A stretch of DNA of 64,000 nt, taken from contig MCFE01000145.1 of assembly GCA_002104905.1 (NCBI GenBank), positions 90,755 to 154,754 on the forward strand, given 5' to 3'. Origin of the DNA: Basidiobolus meristosporus CBS 931.73. Taxonomy: Eukaryota; Fungi; Basidiobolomycota. Both the position numbers and the translations under genes were made by a program. The notes under the pieces are model-generated. The model worked only from the letters and a program-made list of their open reading frames with translations, ran no database searches and was not told where the DNA came from. Below are positions 25,018 to 37,287 of the stretch, one piece after another (position 1 is the stretch's first letter; each line of letters starts with the position of its first letter).

Positions 25018-26799
25018 TGTGATTGCTTTGAATTGCTCACATTTGTAATGATCCCAACAACCCATTTTTTTTGCAATCCAAATCAAGCCATTGCAAATCA
25101 GTGATCATCAAATTTTTGATATAAGTAATATCAAGGTTGTCTCACATTTGAGACAGAACCCCTATAAATAAACACCCTGCATATATATACATCATCTGTA
25201 ATACCAGTACAGCTATTGGATCTGTTTTGCACCTACACAATTGCTTGCGTGCTAGCTATGACACCTTGTCCAATCACTAGGATCAGGGAATTACTTGCTC
25301 AATGTGCAAAATGGGATATTTGATGGCAAATCAGGTAGCTTTTTAGTAATCAATGAGCCAATTGGGGGCTGCCAGCTTCAGGATACTTTTGGACCAATTA
25401 ACCACTGTGATACCGTCCAATTGGAGTGAGGGTAACCAAAATGGTAAGTATCAGTGTAGTTTATAGTGTGATACACATTTATTTCCATTTACATTGAAGA
25501 AACATATCCAAATACTGGATTTTACCTGCCATAATAGCGGTATCCGATTGCGCATGTGATGCAAACGTTACAAGTTGGCGCAATTATCCGTGCTAACCTC
25601 ATTGTGTCAGATTATGCCATAGTGTGCAAGATTGTCCCACATAGTGCAAAATCATCTAAGAACAATCCTGCCTTCTGGTAGCTATAATATTGCGCCCAAT
25701 CATTCTTTACAACCGCGGATTGCGCCACGCGCCCTAGCACGGTACAATGAAACAAGTCTAATGACTATCTACACAATCTGATGATGGATCACAGCAATGT
25801 TTGGCTAATTTGCAGCTAAGTAAAGTTAAAGAATATGATAGTATTTATGCAGTACTTTGCTATGGGTGGCATGGCATTGTTGCGGTCTTAGTGCACTCTA
25901 CATCTAGTTGAGTGAATCTAACCAGCCAATATATTCAATTGCCTTATATGGCAAGAAGTCTGATGGTGTATTGATGGCCTCACTGCAAGCCTCTCATGGC
26001 ATTATCATGGCAATATGGCAGCCTACAGCTAGTTCTGTAAAGTGCTACCATACCAATTTACCAAATGGTATTTCCTTTTTCTACCTCCAATTATGCAATT
26101 TATATATCCTACTGTAGAATTACCTCAGTTTATTTGCTTACCTAATACTACCTAGGGTCTTCTACATAGAGTTCAAATTGGAAAATACTATGGCCTCCTG
26201 CTTACTGACCTCTACAAATACACACACCTATTGCAATTGACATACTGCCATCACCTCAGCTTTACGGCTTTTTAGTGTGAAGCTTGCAAAGCTGCCATAT
26301 ACCTTGTGCTGCTGGTAATGTATACATCTTGCAAACATATGCTTAGTTGCCATCACTTCTGCCATGAATACCTCCTGAATATCTGCAAAGAACTTTTTAG
26401 TGTTTAGCCAATATATTGCTTCTCCATGCTGGATTCTAGTCCCCCTTACAGGTGTGCTCTGGCTCTAGTTTGTGTGATTTCCATACTGAATGGTGAACAA
26501 ATTGGCTTGTGACCAAGGGAAATTTGGCATACATTTGTAGAGCTTTGCTAATAAAAATTAGTTTCTCAATGCAGCCAACCAAGCTCTGAATTACTGAACT
26601 GATTATCCACACATTGGGACTGCTTAGCTTCTTAATGCCATAGGCATTGGTGTCTCTGTGTACACATCTGTCCTCAGTATTCTCTAACTGTTCCTGACTG
26701 TCCTCCATTTGCCAACTCATCACATTCATGGCAGACTTGAAGGTAATATTCTTGATGAGATTGGGATATGGTAGTACCTGCCACTTGACTTTTCTTACT

Positions 26800-29700
26800 A
26801 TCTACCCACACAATGTGGTATTTGTGTGGGTAACTTGTCTTGTCCCTCTCTGATTGTGTCTTGTATCAACATTACGGCTCCAGCAAATGACTCTTTATAG
26901 GTTGCTCTTGTTGCACGTAATGCTTGTACAATATCTCTCAGCACTTGCAGGTCAGTCTTGGTTTCAATATCATCTTGATTCTTGCTGATGGGAGGGGTAT
27001 TGCCAGTTTTGGGTAAACTGTTCCCTTTGGCACTTTCCATATGCATTCTTTTGTTCTCCCCTTTGGGCAAACTTCCTTACACATATCATTTGTACCTACA
27101 TCAACTAACATCTCCTCTAATAAACTTTGTATATATCCTGTGTCTTTCTCAATCCTTGTCCTGATAATTGTTGAATCACACTTTGGTTTCAGTGATGATT
27201 GGTGGATCATCATGAAACAGTTTCAGATGGGCTGGCACTATGTTGCTGATTGTCTTATTGTTCAGGGTGACGGTGTACTTTGGCCCATGGTCCAAACTAA
27301 TAACGGTGCCAGGGCCAATCCATTGGGGTGTAAATTGTGGGCAAAACTTGAGGCCTGTAATGGTTTGGTTGTACCACACTTTATTGCCTGGTTTCCACTT
27401 TTGTCTTGTTAGTTTCTCACTTTTGGGTGGAGGGGGAAGGTGCTTGTCAACATTTTCAAATACTTTTATGTATAGGTGGGCAATACAGTGTATCAACCTT
27501 TCTACATAGTTGTTATGTGTTGTCAAGGGGACACCTTCCATCATCACACCAGCTTCTTCACACCACTTGGGCCTTTGTCCATACAGAGCTTTGTATGGGG
27601 AGAAACCTGTTGTTTTATTTGGTATTTTACGCATTGCTAGGAGTGTCAGTGGGAGCAGCTTGGTCCATCATTGGGGAAGTTCCCAGTGGAGCTTCTCTAG
27701 TATGCAGCAACATGTCTGGTTCATCCTCTTGGTTAATCTGTTGGTCTGGGGGTGATTTGCAGCCATGAAGACCTGTTTCACACCCATCATTTTGCACAAA
27801 TGGGCCACAGTGCTGTTCAGGAAGGAACCACCATTGTTGGACAGGAGTATCTGAGGATATCCAAGCAGGCATATGAGGTGTTCTAGAATGAATCAGGCGG
27901 TTGTCTTCTGATCTTTATTTTGGACAGCTTGGGCTTCTACCCATTCTCAGAAATAATTGGTAGCAATTGTTATGTATTGTTCTCCTTTCTTTGTTTTCAT
28001 AAAGGGGCCAACAAAGTCAATCCCTACCCAGTGGAAGGGTAGGTCAAGTGGTATTGGTGTGGTTGTCCCTATGTTCTGACTTCAGTTAAATCTTTTGCAG
28101 GTGGAGCATCTTTGTAACCTATTCACAACATCAGTCATCAATTTTTTCAAATAGAATGTCTTTCTTAGCATCTATATGTTGTTAGGGGGTTAGCATGTTC
28201 TAATGACATATGTCTTTCTTGTATGATTTCTTTGCAGGGCAGTTACAGGGGGTACCTTGACTCTGAATTGTCCTTGGAGGAGCCATAATTGGCTTTCTTG
28301 TACTTTTTACTGACACCATTTCCTTCAAAAGTCTCTCTTCTGCTTGTTTGTAACAACATGTTTGGGATACTTCCCTCTTCTTTTAAAGCAGATTACATCC
28401 TTGTAGTCATCACTGACACATACTTGGCAAACAAGATAGCAACTGAGGAAGTCTGCCTCTTGATGTTTCTTGCCAGCCCAATGAGTTATTTTGAAGTTGT
28501 ATTCTTGTAGTTGGAGGGCCCAACATGCTAGTCAAGTGGTAAAGTCTTTAGTTTCATCAGCCATACCAGTGCACTGTGGTCTGTTACTATCATGAATTGG
28601 CAACCATGTATGTATGTATGGAATTGTTTAATTGAATAAACAACAGCCAGACATTCTATCTTGGTGATAGGGCTTGTACCTGGGCCATTAAATCTACAAC
28701 AGCTTCCCAGAGTGTATCACCTTCTTTGGGGACTTCTTGGACATTGTTGATCAAGAGTTCTTGGACCTTTTGCCATAATTCCTCTAACTCATGGTCTTTT
28801 GGGGAGGCAGTTTTCCCTTTCTTACAGAGGATCCCTGTCCTTTAATCATCTGTATCACTAAAGGGTAGCCCTTATAGCAAGATGACCACTTGTACTTGTT
28901 CAACCAACTCTTGCAACATTTACATCCCTGTTGATCTTTGGATGCCCTACATCTTATTTTGTTGTCTGAGCCCATGATGTGATATGTCATGAGCTGTTGC
29001 TTGGCAATTTCATCCTTTGGGAGACATCAAACCTGTTGGAGAAACAGTTTAGTGTAGGCTTCATAGCTCTCACTGCTTTTCTTCCATGAGGACAGTAGAA
29101 TGGCTTGGTAGTGGTATCCTTTGGCATATAGAAAGCATGTCTTGTAGGCTTCTTCTAGTGCATCCCAGTTGTCTTTGACTGCATCCTCCAACCCATAATG
29201 CCATTGCCATGCTGACACTTCCATATATCTTGCAAACTCCCTGACTTTCTTATTGATGTCCCATCCTGCATCAACCGCAACTCTCTCAAACATATCAGAC
29301 CACTCAAGGGCTTTCTCTCTCTTTCCCTTGTATGTTTTTAGTTTCATTGTAGTAGTCATTACCTCTCTTGTGCTTATCTCTGCAGAGATGGCATCAAGTA
29401 TGTGGGTTGTTACTGACTGTACTATGTGATTGGGAGAGCTTGTAGGTCAAGTCAGTACCACTTGGTTCAGAATAGCTTCCAGTAGAAGGTAGCAATGTAA
29501 TAAAGACTTGTGTTTATTCCATCCAAATCCTCTTGTCCCTTCACTTGGTTCAATTGGATAGGTATACATTTATCACTTGGGGGGCTTAGATAATAGCCAA
29601 TATGTTATAAAATAGGGGTGTGAACACCTTCCTGTTATGGTAAGTGTTCTAACTAGATAAGGGCAGGGATAGGAGGGAGGGTGTGTAGGGGAATCATAGG

Positions 29701-30025
29701 GAGGATACTGGGGTACTTTGGGTAGGACTCTGTGGAGAACACTTGGGCAATGAGTGGGTACTACATTTAGTACTCACATATCCTGGGTGCTAATAGGGAG
29801 CTTTGTCCTCAAACTTCTTTGACTAACTTGCCTCTCCAGGGTCAATTTTGTTTACGGAGCATGGGGAGTCACCATAGTATCATTGCTGGTTGTCACTCAC
29901 AAGGGGGTTGTGGGCAAGTACCTGATACCATTTGGTGGCAGAGTGGGGTGTGGCTTGCATTGCTTGAGGGATGTTTTCCACAGAGCCAACTAGTTGGCAA
30001 ACCATAGGGTTCTGGGTAAGTAATT
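26800..30025 (-). mobile_element. Ty3/Gypsy element 2 with internal deletion; boundaries approximate
   Basis: gag 29027-29359; RNaseH C-half ECLAVVYSIKQF..TDHSAL at ~28500-28690; integrase TGFSPYKALYG and KPGNKVW at 27176-27634. Confidence 0.75.
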
Positions 30026-30029
30026 TTTC

Positions 30030-31800
30030 ATAAGGAAAGTATTTCTCACAAGCTCCAATCAATATTAATGCACATAGGCAACAATACAAATGCAAGGACT
30101 GAATGTACTGATATGTAAATACTCAAGTGGCTTTCTGAGCAACTTCAACCCACAGAATCTTGGATTACTGGGAGGTGTATGTTGACTTTGTAGGAATATG
30201 TATCCAGAGGCTGATCACCATTGCCAACTTGATTCTGTTGTAAGAGTCTTGGAGATATTGGAAGTGACTTGGGAGAACAAGTAGATTATATGGTTTTCAC
30301 CTAATGATTTATTGAATGTAAAAGTAGTGTTTATACTTTTACATGATCTTGGCATAACAAACACTTAGAGTTGGCTAAGGAAGGTCCCAAGAACATGTGA
30401 GCAAAGTTTGGGGCTGTTTGGACAACTTTGAGAATTTTCATGTTCTAAGTACTTGGTATTTTGGTGAAAATATTCTAAGTAAATCCCAACAGGGAATTTG
30501 GTCAGCATTCTCTAGGATTTGAAGGTAATGATCCAAGTGACTAAGTTAGGTGAATATTTAGGTGGAATTTCAAATTTTTTACAACAGATTCCTTCACAGC
30601 TATTATGCAAGGAGTTTGTGACAGGGTTTGAGCAACCTTACTACAATCATAAAGCTGAGTATTTAGATATCTGCTGCTACTATATCCATTCTCTACTCCA
30701 TCTTGCTTGGCATGAGAAGAATACTGGACCTTACTTCACCTTTTGGCTGTTTCCTATGCAGCAAATGTGAGGGAGAGAGGAGGAAACGTCAAGTTGCTAA
30801 TACTACCATATCCCAATCTCATCAAGAAAATTACCTTCAAGTCCATCCTGGATGTGATGAGTTGGCACATGGAGGACAGACAGGAAGTGTTGAAAAATAC
30901 TGAGGACAGATGTGCATATGGAGACACCTTTGCCTTTGGCAGCAAGAAGATAAGCTGCCGCATGTGTGGGTAATCAGTAAGTAACACAAAGCTGGGTTGG
31001 ATGCAAGAATCAGGTAATTTTTATTAGGATGACTTAACAATAGTATGCTAGGTATCTCCGGCACACAAGCTAGTTTCCTACACCATCCAATATGTAAATC
31101 ATACAAACAAGAACCTCAGAGTACTTATAAGGAGAGCTAGAATCCAGCAGGGAGAAGGTGTATATTGGCTAGGTTCCTAAAGGTGTTTTACAGATGTCAA
31201 GAGGTATTCATGGCAGAAGTGGCAGCAGTCAAGTGTAGGTTTGCTAGATGTATCTGTTGCCAGCAATGCAAGGTATATGGCAACTTTGCAAGTATCTCAC
31301 TGAAAAGCTGTAGAGTTGAGGTGATAGAAATGTGTCATTTGCAGCAGGTGTGTGCATATGTAGAGGTTAGTAAGCAGTAAGCTGTAGTTTTTTTTTTTGA
31401 CTCAAACTGTATGTGAAAAGCCCAAGTAGTAATGAATAAGCAAATAAACTGAGGTGATTCTACAATGGAATATATGAATGGAACAAGAGGAGGTAGCAAA
31501 TGGAAACACCATTTGGCAAGTTGGTTCATTATTACTATAGAGGACTAGCTGTAGGTTGCTGTATTGCTGCTATAATGCAAACAGATGTATATATTCAGGC
31601 TGTCAAAATACTGTCAAGTTTTTTCCATATATGACATTTGCATGTACTGGCTGATTGGGTCTGTTCAAATAAGTGTAGGCTGCTATACTACCATTGGAGT
31701 GCCATTCAAAGCCCATTTATGGACTGCTAAAATACTGTCAGAATCCTGATTGCTGATCTGGATTGGATACACCAGCCAGACCCATTTATTTTTCATAGGG
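30030..31800 (+). mobile_element. CACTA element D, 3' part of transposase through the TIR
   Basis: GPYFTFWLFPM and LPYPNLIKKITFK remnants; TIR ...tttttcataggg ends at 31800. Confidence 0.75.
30236..30586 (-). mobile_element. Solo Copia LTR (351 bp)
   Basis: TGTTG...CAACA ends and perfect 5-bp TSD GATTC. Confidence 0.9.
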
Positions 31801-31863
31801 CAAGTTTGGAGTCTTTTGGACAACTTTGAGAAAGTCCATAGTATGGGTGCCTGATGAGTTATT

Positions 31864-32095
31864 AGACTTGTTCTGTTGGATAGTGCCACATAGTGCCAGC
31901 CTGTTTATAGTGCTGGATTGATCTGGCACTCTACGGCACTATCTGGCACTATAATTTCTACCATGATGCAAGTGGTATGATATAGTTACTGGTAATTTTA
32001 CTCAATCTTACTTATGTTGCTCAGAATAGTGCTTTCCTTGCTTTATTTACTCTTCATAATGCTCCAGACACATTTCTCTCAGTGGATGTCTTCTT
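31864..32095. mobile_element. PHIS left-end fragment
   Basis: att|AGACTTGTTCTGTTGG; matches the 21290-21520 left arm. Confidence 0.8.
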
Positions 32096-34668
32096 GCTGT
32101 GCAACCAAATATTCTTAGGTGCTCTGCACTTGATATGTATCTGTACCATGCTTAACTGGAGTAGAATCACAAAGTGCTCTGCATTGACCCCTATTCTTAA
32201 GATATAGAGCTATAGAAATTGATTCTGCCCAATTATCACAGGATGAAATTTGATCATGGATCATAGAACTTACTATATCAGCTAGTGATATGATTGCATG
32301 TTCTGCCACTCCTTTTTGCTGCAGAGAGTAGGGTTTGGTAGTCTCTTGCTGTATCCCATAAATATTGCACAAGTGGACAAAAAGTTTTGGAGTATAATCT
32401 TTGCCATTCTGAGAGCACATTGCCCTGACTTTTTTACCAGTCTCTTTCCACCATTGTTCTAAACTACCAGAGCTTTGGCAAAGCTTCTTCCTTTCTTTCT
32501 ATGAAGTAAACCCAAGTGTAGCTTGTATAATCAACAATAAAAGTGATGTATACTCCATCCCACCTACAGATTGGTTTTGTATGAGTCTGCACATATCTAA
32601 GTGACGTGGATATATTACTTCCTTGGTTTTGGCAAACACAGAGCACTTGTATGCTTGCCTGGCTTTTTACCATATATTCAGGCTTCACAGTGCTTCAAGT
32701 TAGCTGAGGGATCAGTTTCTACTCCACAAATGAGTTGATTTTGAATTGTTTTGCACAAATAATCAAAATTCATGTGACCAAGTCTCTGGTGTCAAGGCAT
32801 TGGTGTTTCTTCATCTAAGTATCTGGTATTGGCTTCCAGATATGACAGAGTATAAGTCAACTTGCATAGATTCTGATCTCTGATACCCAAAGCAATATGA
32901 GCACCATTTTGATCAGTGAATCTGCATCCAGAGCTGCCAGAACCAAAACTGGGTCCCTCTGCCATGGCCTTGCTTATATCACTGTAAGAGTCTTGGAGAT
33001 ATTGGAAGTGATTGGGAGAACAAGTCAATTAAGTGGTTTTCACTTGATGATTTATTGATTGTAAAAGTGGTATTTATACCTTTACATGATCTTGGCATAA
33101 CAAGCACGTAGAATAGGCTAAGGAAGGTCCCAAGAGCATGTGTGCAAAGTTTGGGGCTGTTTGGACAACTTATCTAATTTTCATGTTCTGGGTGGATATT
33201 CTGAATAAATCCCAACAAGGAATTTGGTCAGTATTCTCTAGGATTGGAAGGTAGTGATCTAAGTGACTAAGTTAGGTGAATATTTAGGTGGAGTTACAAG
33301 TTTTTACAACATACATATGGTAGGCTTGTGGTTATTTCTGCTACATATAACACATCCTTGAAGGTAAGTGGGTAGCTTTCTTTACTACTTCTGAGGCTTA
33401 CTTGGATAGTTCCTGTGCCAACTGCATCAAGTGTACTCTTGTCTCCAATGAGAGCCTGCTTGATTGGAATATCTAGACATTGGGTAAAAAGTTCTTTTTG
33501 GTGTGTAAAGAGTTGAGATGCTCCCAAGTCAATGGGCTACATCTGAGAATCCTTTTTGGTGGTCATATCTAGTGCATATATGAATAATCTATCTTCAGTT
33601 GCTGCAGCATTTCAATAGTCAGGCTTTTTCTGCTAACTAACTCCCTTTCTGAGGCACTGGTTGGATCTGTGTCCTTTCCTTTTGCAGTAGTTGCAAAACA
33701 GGTTGCTATTGCCTTTAAAATGCCTTGGATACCTCCTTAGTTGGTTGTCGCTGCTTATTAAAGCATTTTCTTCTTCCTTCTTTTTGATGCTTGATTCTCC
33801 TAATTCTTCATCTAGGAGCCTTCCATATATGACACTTAAGGTCAAATCTTCAAATCAGGATTCCAGGGCTGATACAAGGCCCTGAGACTTGTCTGTTAGG
33901 CTATTCAAGATGGTAACTATCACATCTTCATCAGTAGTTGGTATACTCAAATAATCTATATCATCAACCAAGAGGGTAATTATGTTAATTAGCTTTTTAT
34001 ATCTTCTCCAGGCAGCATCTGTGTAGTAATGCATCCCTATCTAGTATACACTTACTTAGGAGTGGAGCATATCTATAACATTAAGGCAAATGCAGATAAA
34101 GACACTTTGTTCCTACTTCTGGTACTTTAATGCTTCTTCCTCTGCATTTTTAGAAGGGCATTATTCTTCCATGACATTATCCCAAAGGCCACCTTCCTGT
34201 AGCAGCATCTTCATGTTTACCTTCCACACATGGTAGTTAGAGCCATCTAACTTTTCAGTGGAGGGGAAAATTCCAGTCATAGCAGTAACAGGCATTGCAG
34301 AGAGTGACAGCTTGAGGCTCATAACCTGTTGTAAAAGTCATGAAGATATTGGAGGTGACTGGGAGAGCAAGTAGATTATGTGGTTTTCACTCCATAATTT
34401 ATTGAATGTAAAAGTGGTATTTATACATTTATATGGTCCAGGCATAACAAACATGTAGAATATGTTCAGAAAGGCCCCCAGAGCACATGTGCAAAGTTTG
34501 GGGCTGTTTGAACAGGTTATCTAACTTTGATGTTCCTGATGTTTTGGTGAAGATATTGGAAGTAGATCCCAACAAGGAATTTGGTCAGTATTCTCTAAGA
34601 TTTGTGGGTAATGATCTAAGTGACCAAGTCAGGTGTGTATTTAGGTGGAATTACAAATCTTTACAACA
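32096..34668 (-). mobile_element. Older Copia, 5' half (5' LTR 34327-34668, PBS, gag to integrase), decayed
   Basis: PBS GGTTATGAGCC next to the LTR; CNYCKRKGH knuckle; PYSLQQKGVAEH integrase remnant; collinear with the 57281 element. Confidence 0.85.
32980..33311 (-). mobile_element. Solo Copia LTR nested in the older Copia
   Basis: Same LTR family; flanks tatat/tacat. Confidence 0.8.
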
Positions 34669-35478
34669 AAAAGGAGCTGCTGATATCTGCTTAAGATAGG
34701 CTTAGAAGGACTCTGAACAGGACTTTCTGGGATTTTGTGATGCCGATTGGGGACCAAATTTAGATGACAGAAGCTCCACCACAGCATACATCTCCGTTGA
34801 CTGTGTCGCAGCAATCTCATGGAGCTCATGAAGGCCACCGACTGCGGTATTTTTCACCACAGAGGCAGAGTATATGGCAGCCTGTGAAGCCACAAAGTAA
34901 GAAATGAGACAAAGAAAGAGTTTCAAAGATTAGGATTTATGCCCAAAATACACTACAACTGAATTTCAAGATAGTTAAGTGTGTAAGCCATTGGGTAGAA
35001 GTCCAGCTTTTCGTACTAGAACTAAGGATCGAGAGAATCGGCATCATTTTATACAGGGAAGCTATAGAGGACAACTTAGTAACTTAACCCACTGTCCTAC
35101 CAATGAAACCATTGCGGACCTACTCACAAAACCATTAGCCGGAGACAAATTAGAATATCTAGATCACTCTTGAGTCTAGAGAATCTGTATATTTAGTGGA
35201 GTGGGAGTGTTGAAAATCTTGTAATCACACCTAAATATTCACCGAACTTGGTCACCCAGAACATAGTGTGCGAATCTTGGAGAATGCTGCCCATCTTCCT
35301 TGTTGGGATTTACTGGGAGTGGTTTCACTCAAACATCAGGTACCCAGAGCATGAAATATCTCAGAGCTGTCCGAACAGCCCCGAACTTTGCACACGTGCT
35401 CCGGGGGCCTTCCTAGACATATTCTATGCACTTCTCTTGCCAAGACCATGTGGAAGCATAAACACTACCTTTACATTC
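34669..35478 (+). mobile_element. Copia 3' fragment (RNase H, PPT, truncated LTR from 35208)
   Basis: GFCDADWG, STTEAEYMAA and ADLLTKPL; PPT ggagtgggag; LTR homology extends to ~35478. Confidence 0.8.
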
Positions 35479-36156
35479 CGTATGAGCCGGGACAAAAGCC
35501 AAAACCCTTGGGAACTTGAAGAGAATCCACGGCATCGTATTCCCCGGATACAGGGCCTTGCCGTGGAGATCTGGAGGCATGAATGGTATGTCCGGAATGT
35601 CCGGAGCCTTCCCGGTCATCGTTCGGGCGACCGACCATCAGCCCGCAGGAGTAGGCCCAACGAGGCAGCCTCAAATCCCTTGAATGCATCACCCAGCGGA
35701 CTTCTGGTGGGGGAGGGGGGTTGAGCATTGGGATGCGATGCATTCCATCAACTGCCCAACCAATTGGGCTCACCGTGCGCACGACTTGTTCGGAAGTGCG
35801 GGTGGTGGTGATGGCAGTGTAGCAACCGACAGTACCGGGTTGGGGGGACAAGGAACGGGGTAATCCAGCGTAGACGTTGGGATGGAGTGGGAGGGGTCGA
35901 CGAAGCACGGTCGGGTTTATTTTGGGGAGCATCAGGTGAATTATGAACAGGTGGGTGACTTACAATACCTAGATGTGGCGTGCAACTCGCTTCCACCAAG
36001 ATGGGCTTGGCTCATACTAAGGAAGCCACTCTCCGGGATAAATTAGATTATCTTGTATCGTACAGACTATATGTGAGCATGGAGGTTCTCTAGGGGCCAG
36101 GCTCGGGACGGGGGAGGGGGAGGGGGAGGGATTCTCTTGCTCCGAGTGGTCCGGCT

Positions 36157-37287
36157 CTATTCAACCACTTCGATTTCCAACTGGATGTCAAGGAGTTAAG
36201 GCGACGAACGGATGAACTCCACAGCATGGGAGCATGGTGGTGTGAGTGTAGGGGAAGGAGAGAAAAAGGATACAAATAGGAAGGCGGTCCTACGTGGGTC
36301 TCTCAGATATAGCCCCGCTGGTCCGTACAGGTTCGCATTTTCCGATGCGACGGCCTCGTTGAATCGTTGCATGCACTACAAAGAGAGGGGTTAGCGGATC
36401 GACGCGGGACACGACACCCGTGCTGGTCCCTTGATACTCACCTTTTGGTAAAACGTTCCGAAGCAGTGGGTGAACGTGTAGAGCGTCAAGCAGGAGATCA
36501 CATTCTCCATCGAGTTTCGTAGCCAGGAGCTCTCGGCCAGAAAAAGGATCTCGTTCAGCCTCGTCATGGAAGCCTTGAAATTTTCCGGGGAAATCTAGGA
36601 TTACGGGAGGATTAGTGGCTCGGCATTCCCTGGGCGTACCGTATGCGGGAGGCAAACCTTGTCGCTCAACTCCACGGGGTACATGAGGGAGAATTGGCAG
36701 AGCTCTCCCTTGGAGTAGTCCCTCTCTATTCTGATGATTCCGTGGCCGCAGGTTGGCGCCTCTTCCGCGGCAGAAGGGTATAAGGTTCTACAAGACTCAG
36801 TTGAGAACCCCGGAATTCCAGCCAGAGGAGTGTCGGCCTTGGCCGGCGTTGTGGCTGATTTGGGGGACGCTGGTTTAGGCGGGTGCCTGGGTGGAGTGCC
36901 TTCCACGACAGGCCCCTCGTACGATTGGGTGGCCGTTTGTGGATCGGTCGGTTCAGGAACAGGCGGGTGTTTCTCAAAAAAATTGAAGTAATTCGAGTCT
37001 CCGTTAGGCGTGGGTGGCGCAGCGACCTTCTCTGTCTCACCCGACGACAAGGCCGCTTGGGTAAAGTGGGCGGAAATGCTCGCAGTCACTGGAGACAAGG
37101 GTCGGCTCAAGTTGGGGAGGTTTTGGCGTGGACGTTGTGGGAACGGTTTCGACAGGGATTGGGAAGAGGTGGCTGTGGGGGAGACTGAATAGTAAGACGA
37201 GGGGGAGTGGGAGAGAAGGTAATTGGTGGTCGATGGGTCGGCAGAGAACCGGTCATGTTTGGTGTTTGCTGGGGAGTGAGAGTTCAT
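36157..37287 (-). CDS. ERF4: Golgin A7/ERF4-family Ras palmitoyltransferase accessory subunit; exons 37287-36658, 36594-36442, 36375-36274, 36180-36157
   Basis: IRIERDYSKGELCQF..YPVEL; ISPENF..RLNEIL; ENANLYGPAGLYLRDPRRTAFLFLEIEV. Three GT-AG introns join in frame. Confidence 0.9.

Larger units (their letters stand above)
21290..25759. mobile_element. Full-length PHIS (Pangu-like) DNA transposon, ~3.4 kb without its nested LTR
   Basis: AGACTTGTTC...GAAACAAGTCT ends, AAT TSD on both sides (21287-89, 25760-62), divergent transposase and ORF2. Confidence 0.9.
21190..26800 (-). mobile_element. CACTA element C (21190-21289 and 25760-~26800), split by the full PHIS element
   Basis: TIR CCCTATGAAAAATAATTTG at 21190. 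The subterminal sequence resumes after 25759; transposase remnant at 26100-26800. Confidence 0.75.

Noticed and set aside
1-34700. Classical ascomycete RIP
   Set aside because: The depleted dinucleotide is CG while CA and TG are abundant; some non-CpG transitions occur but do not dominate by eye.
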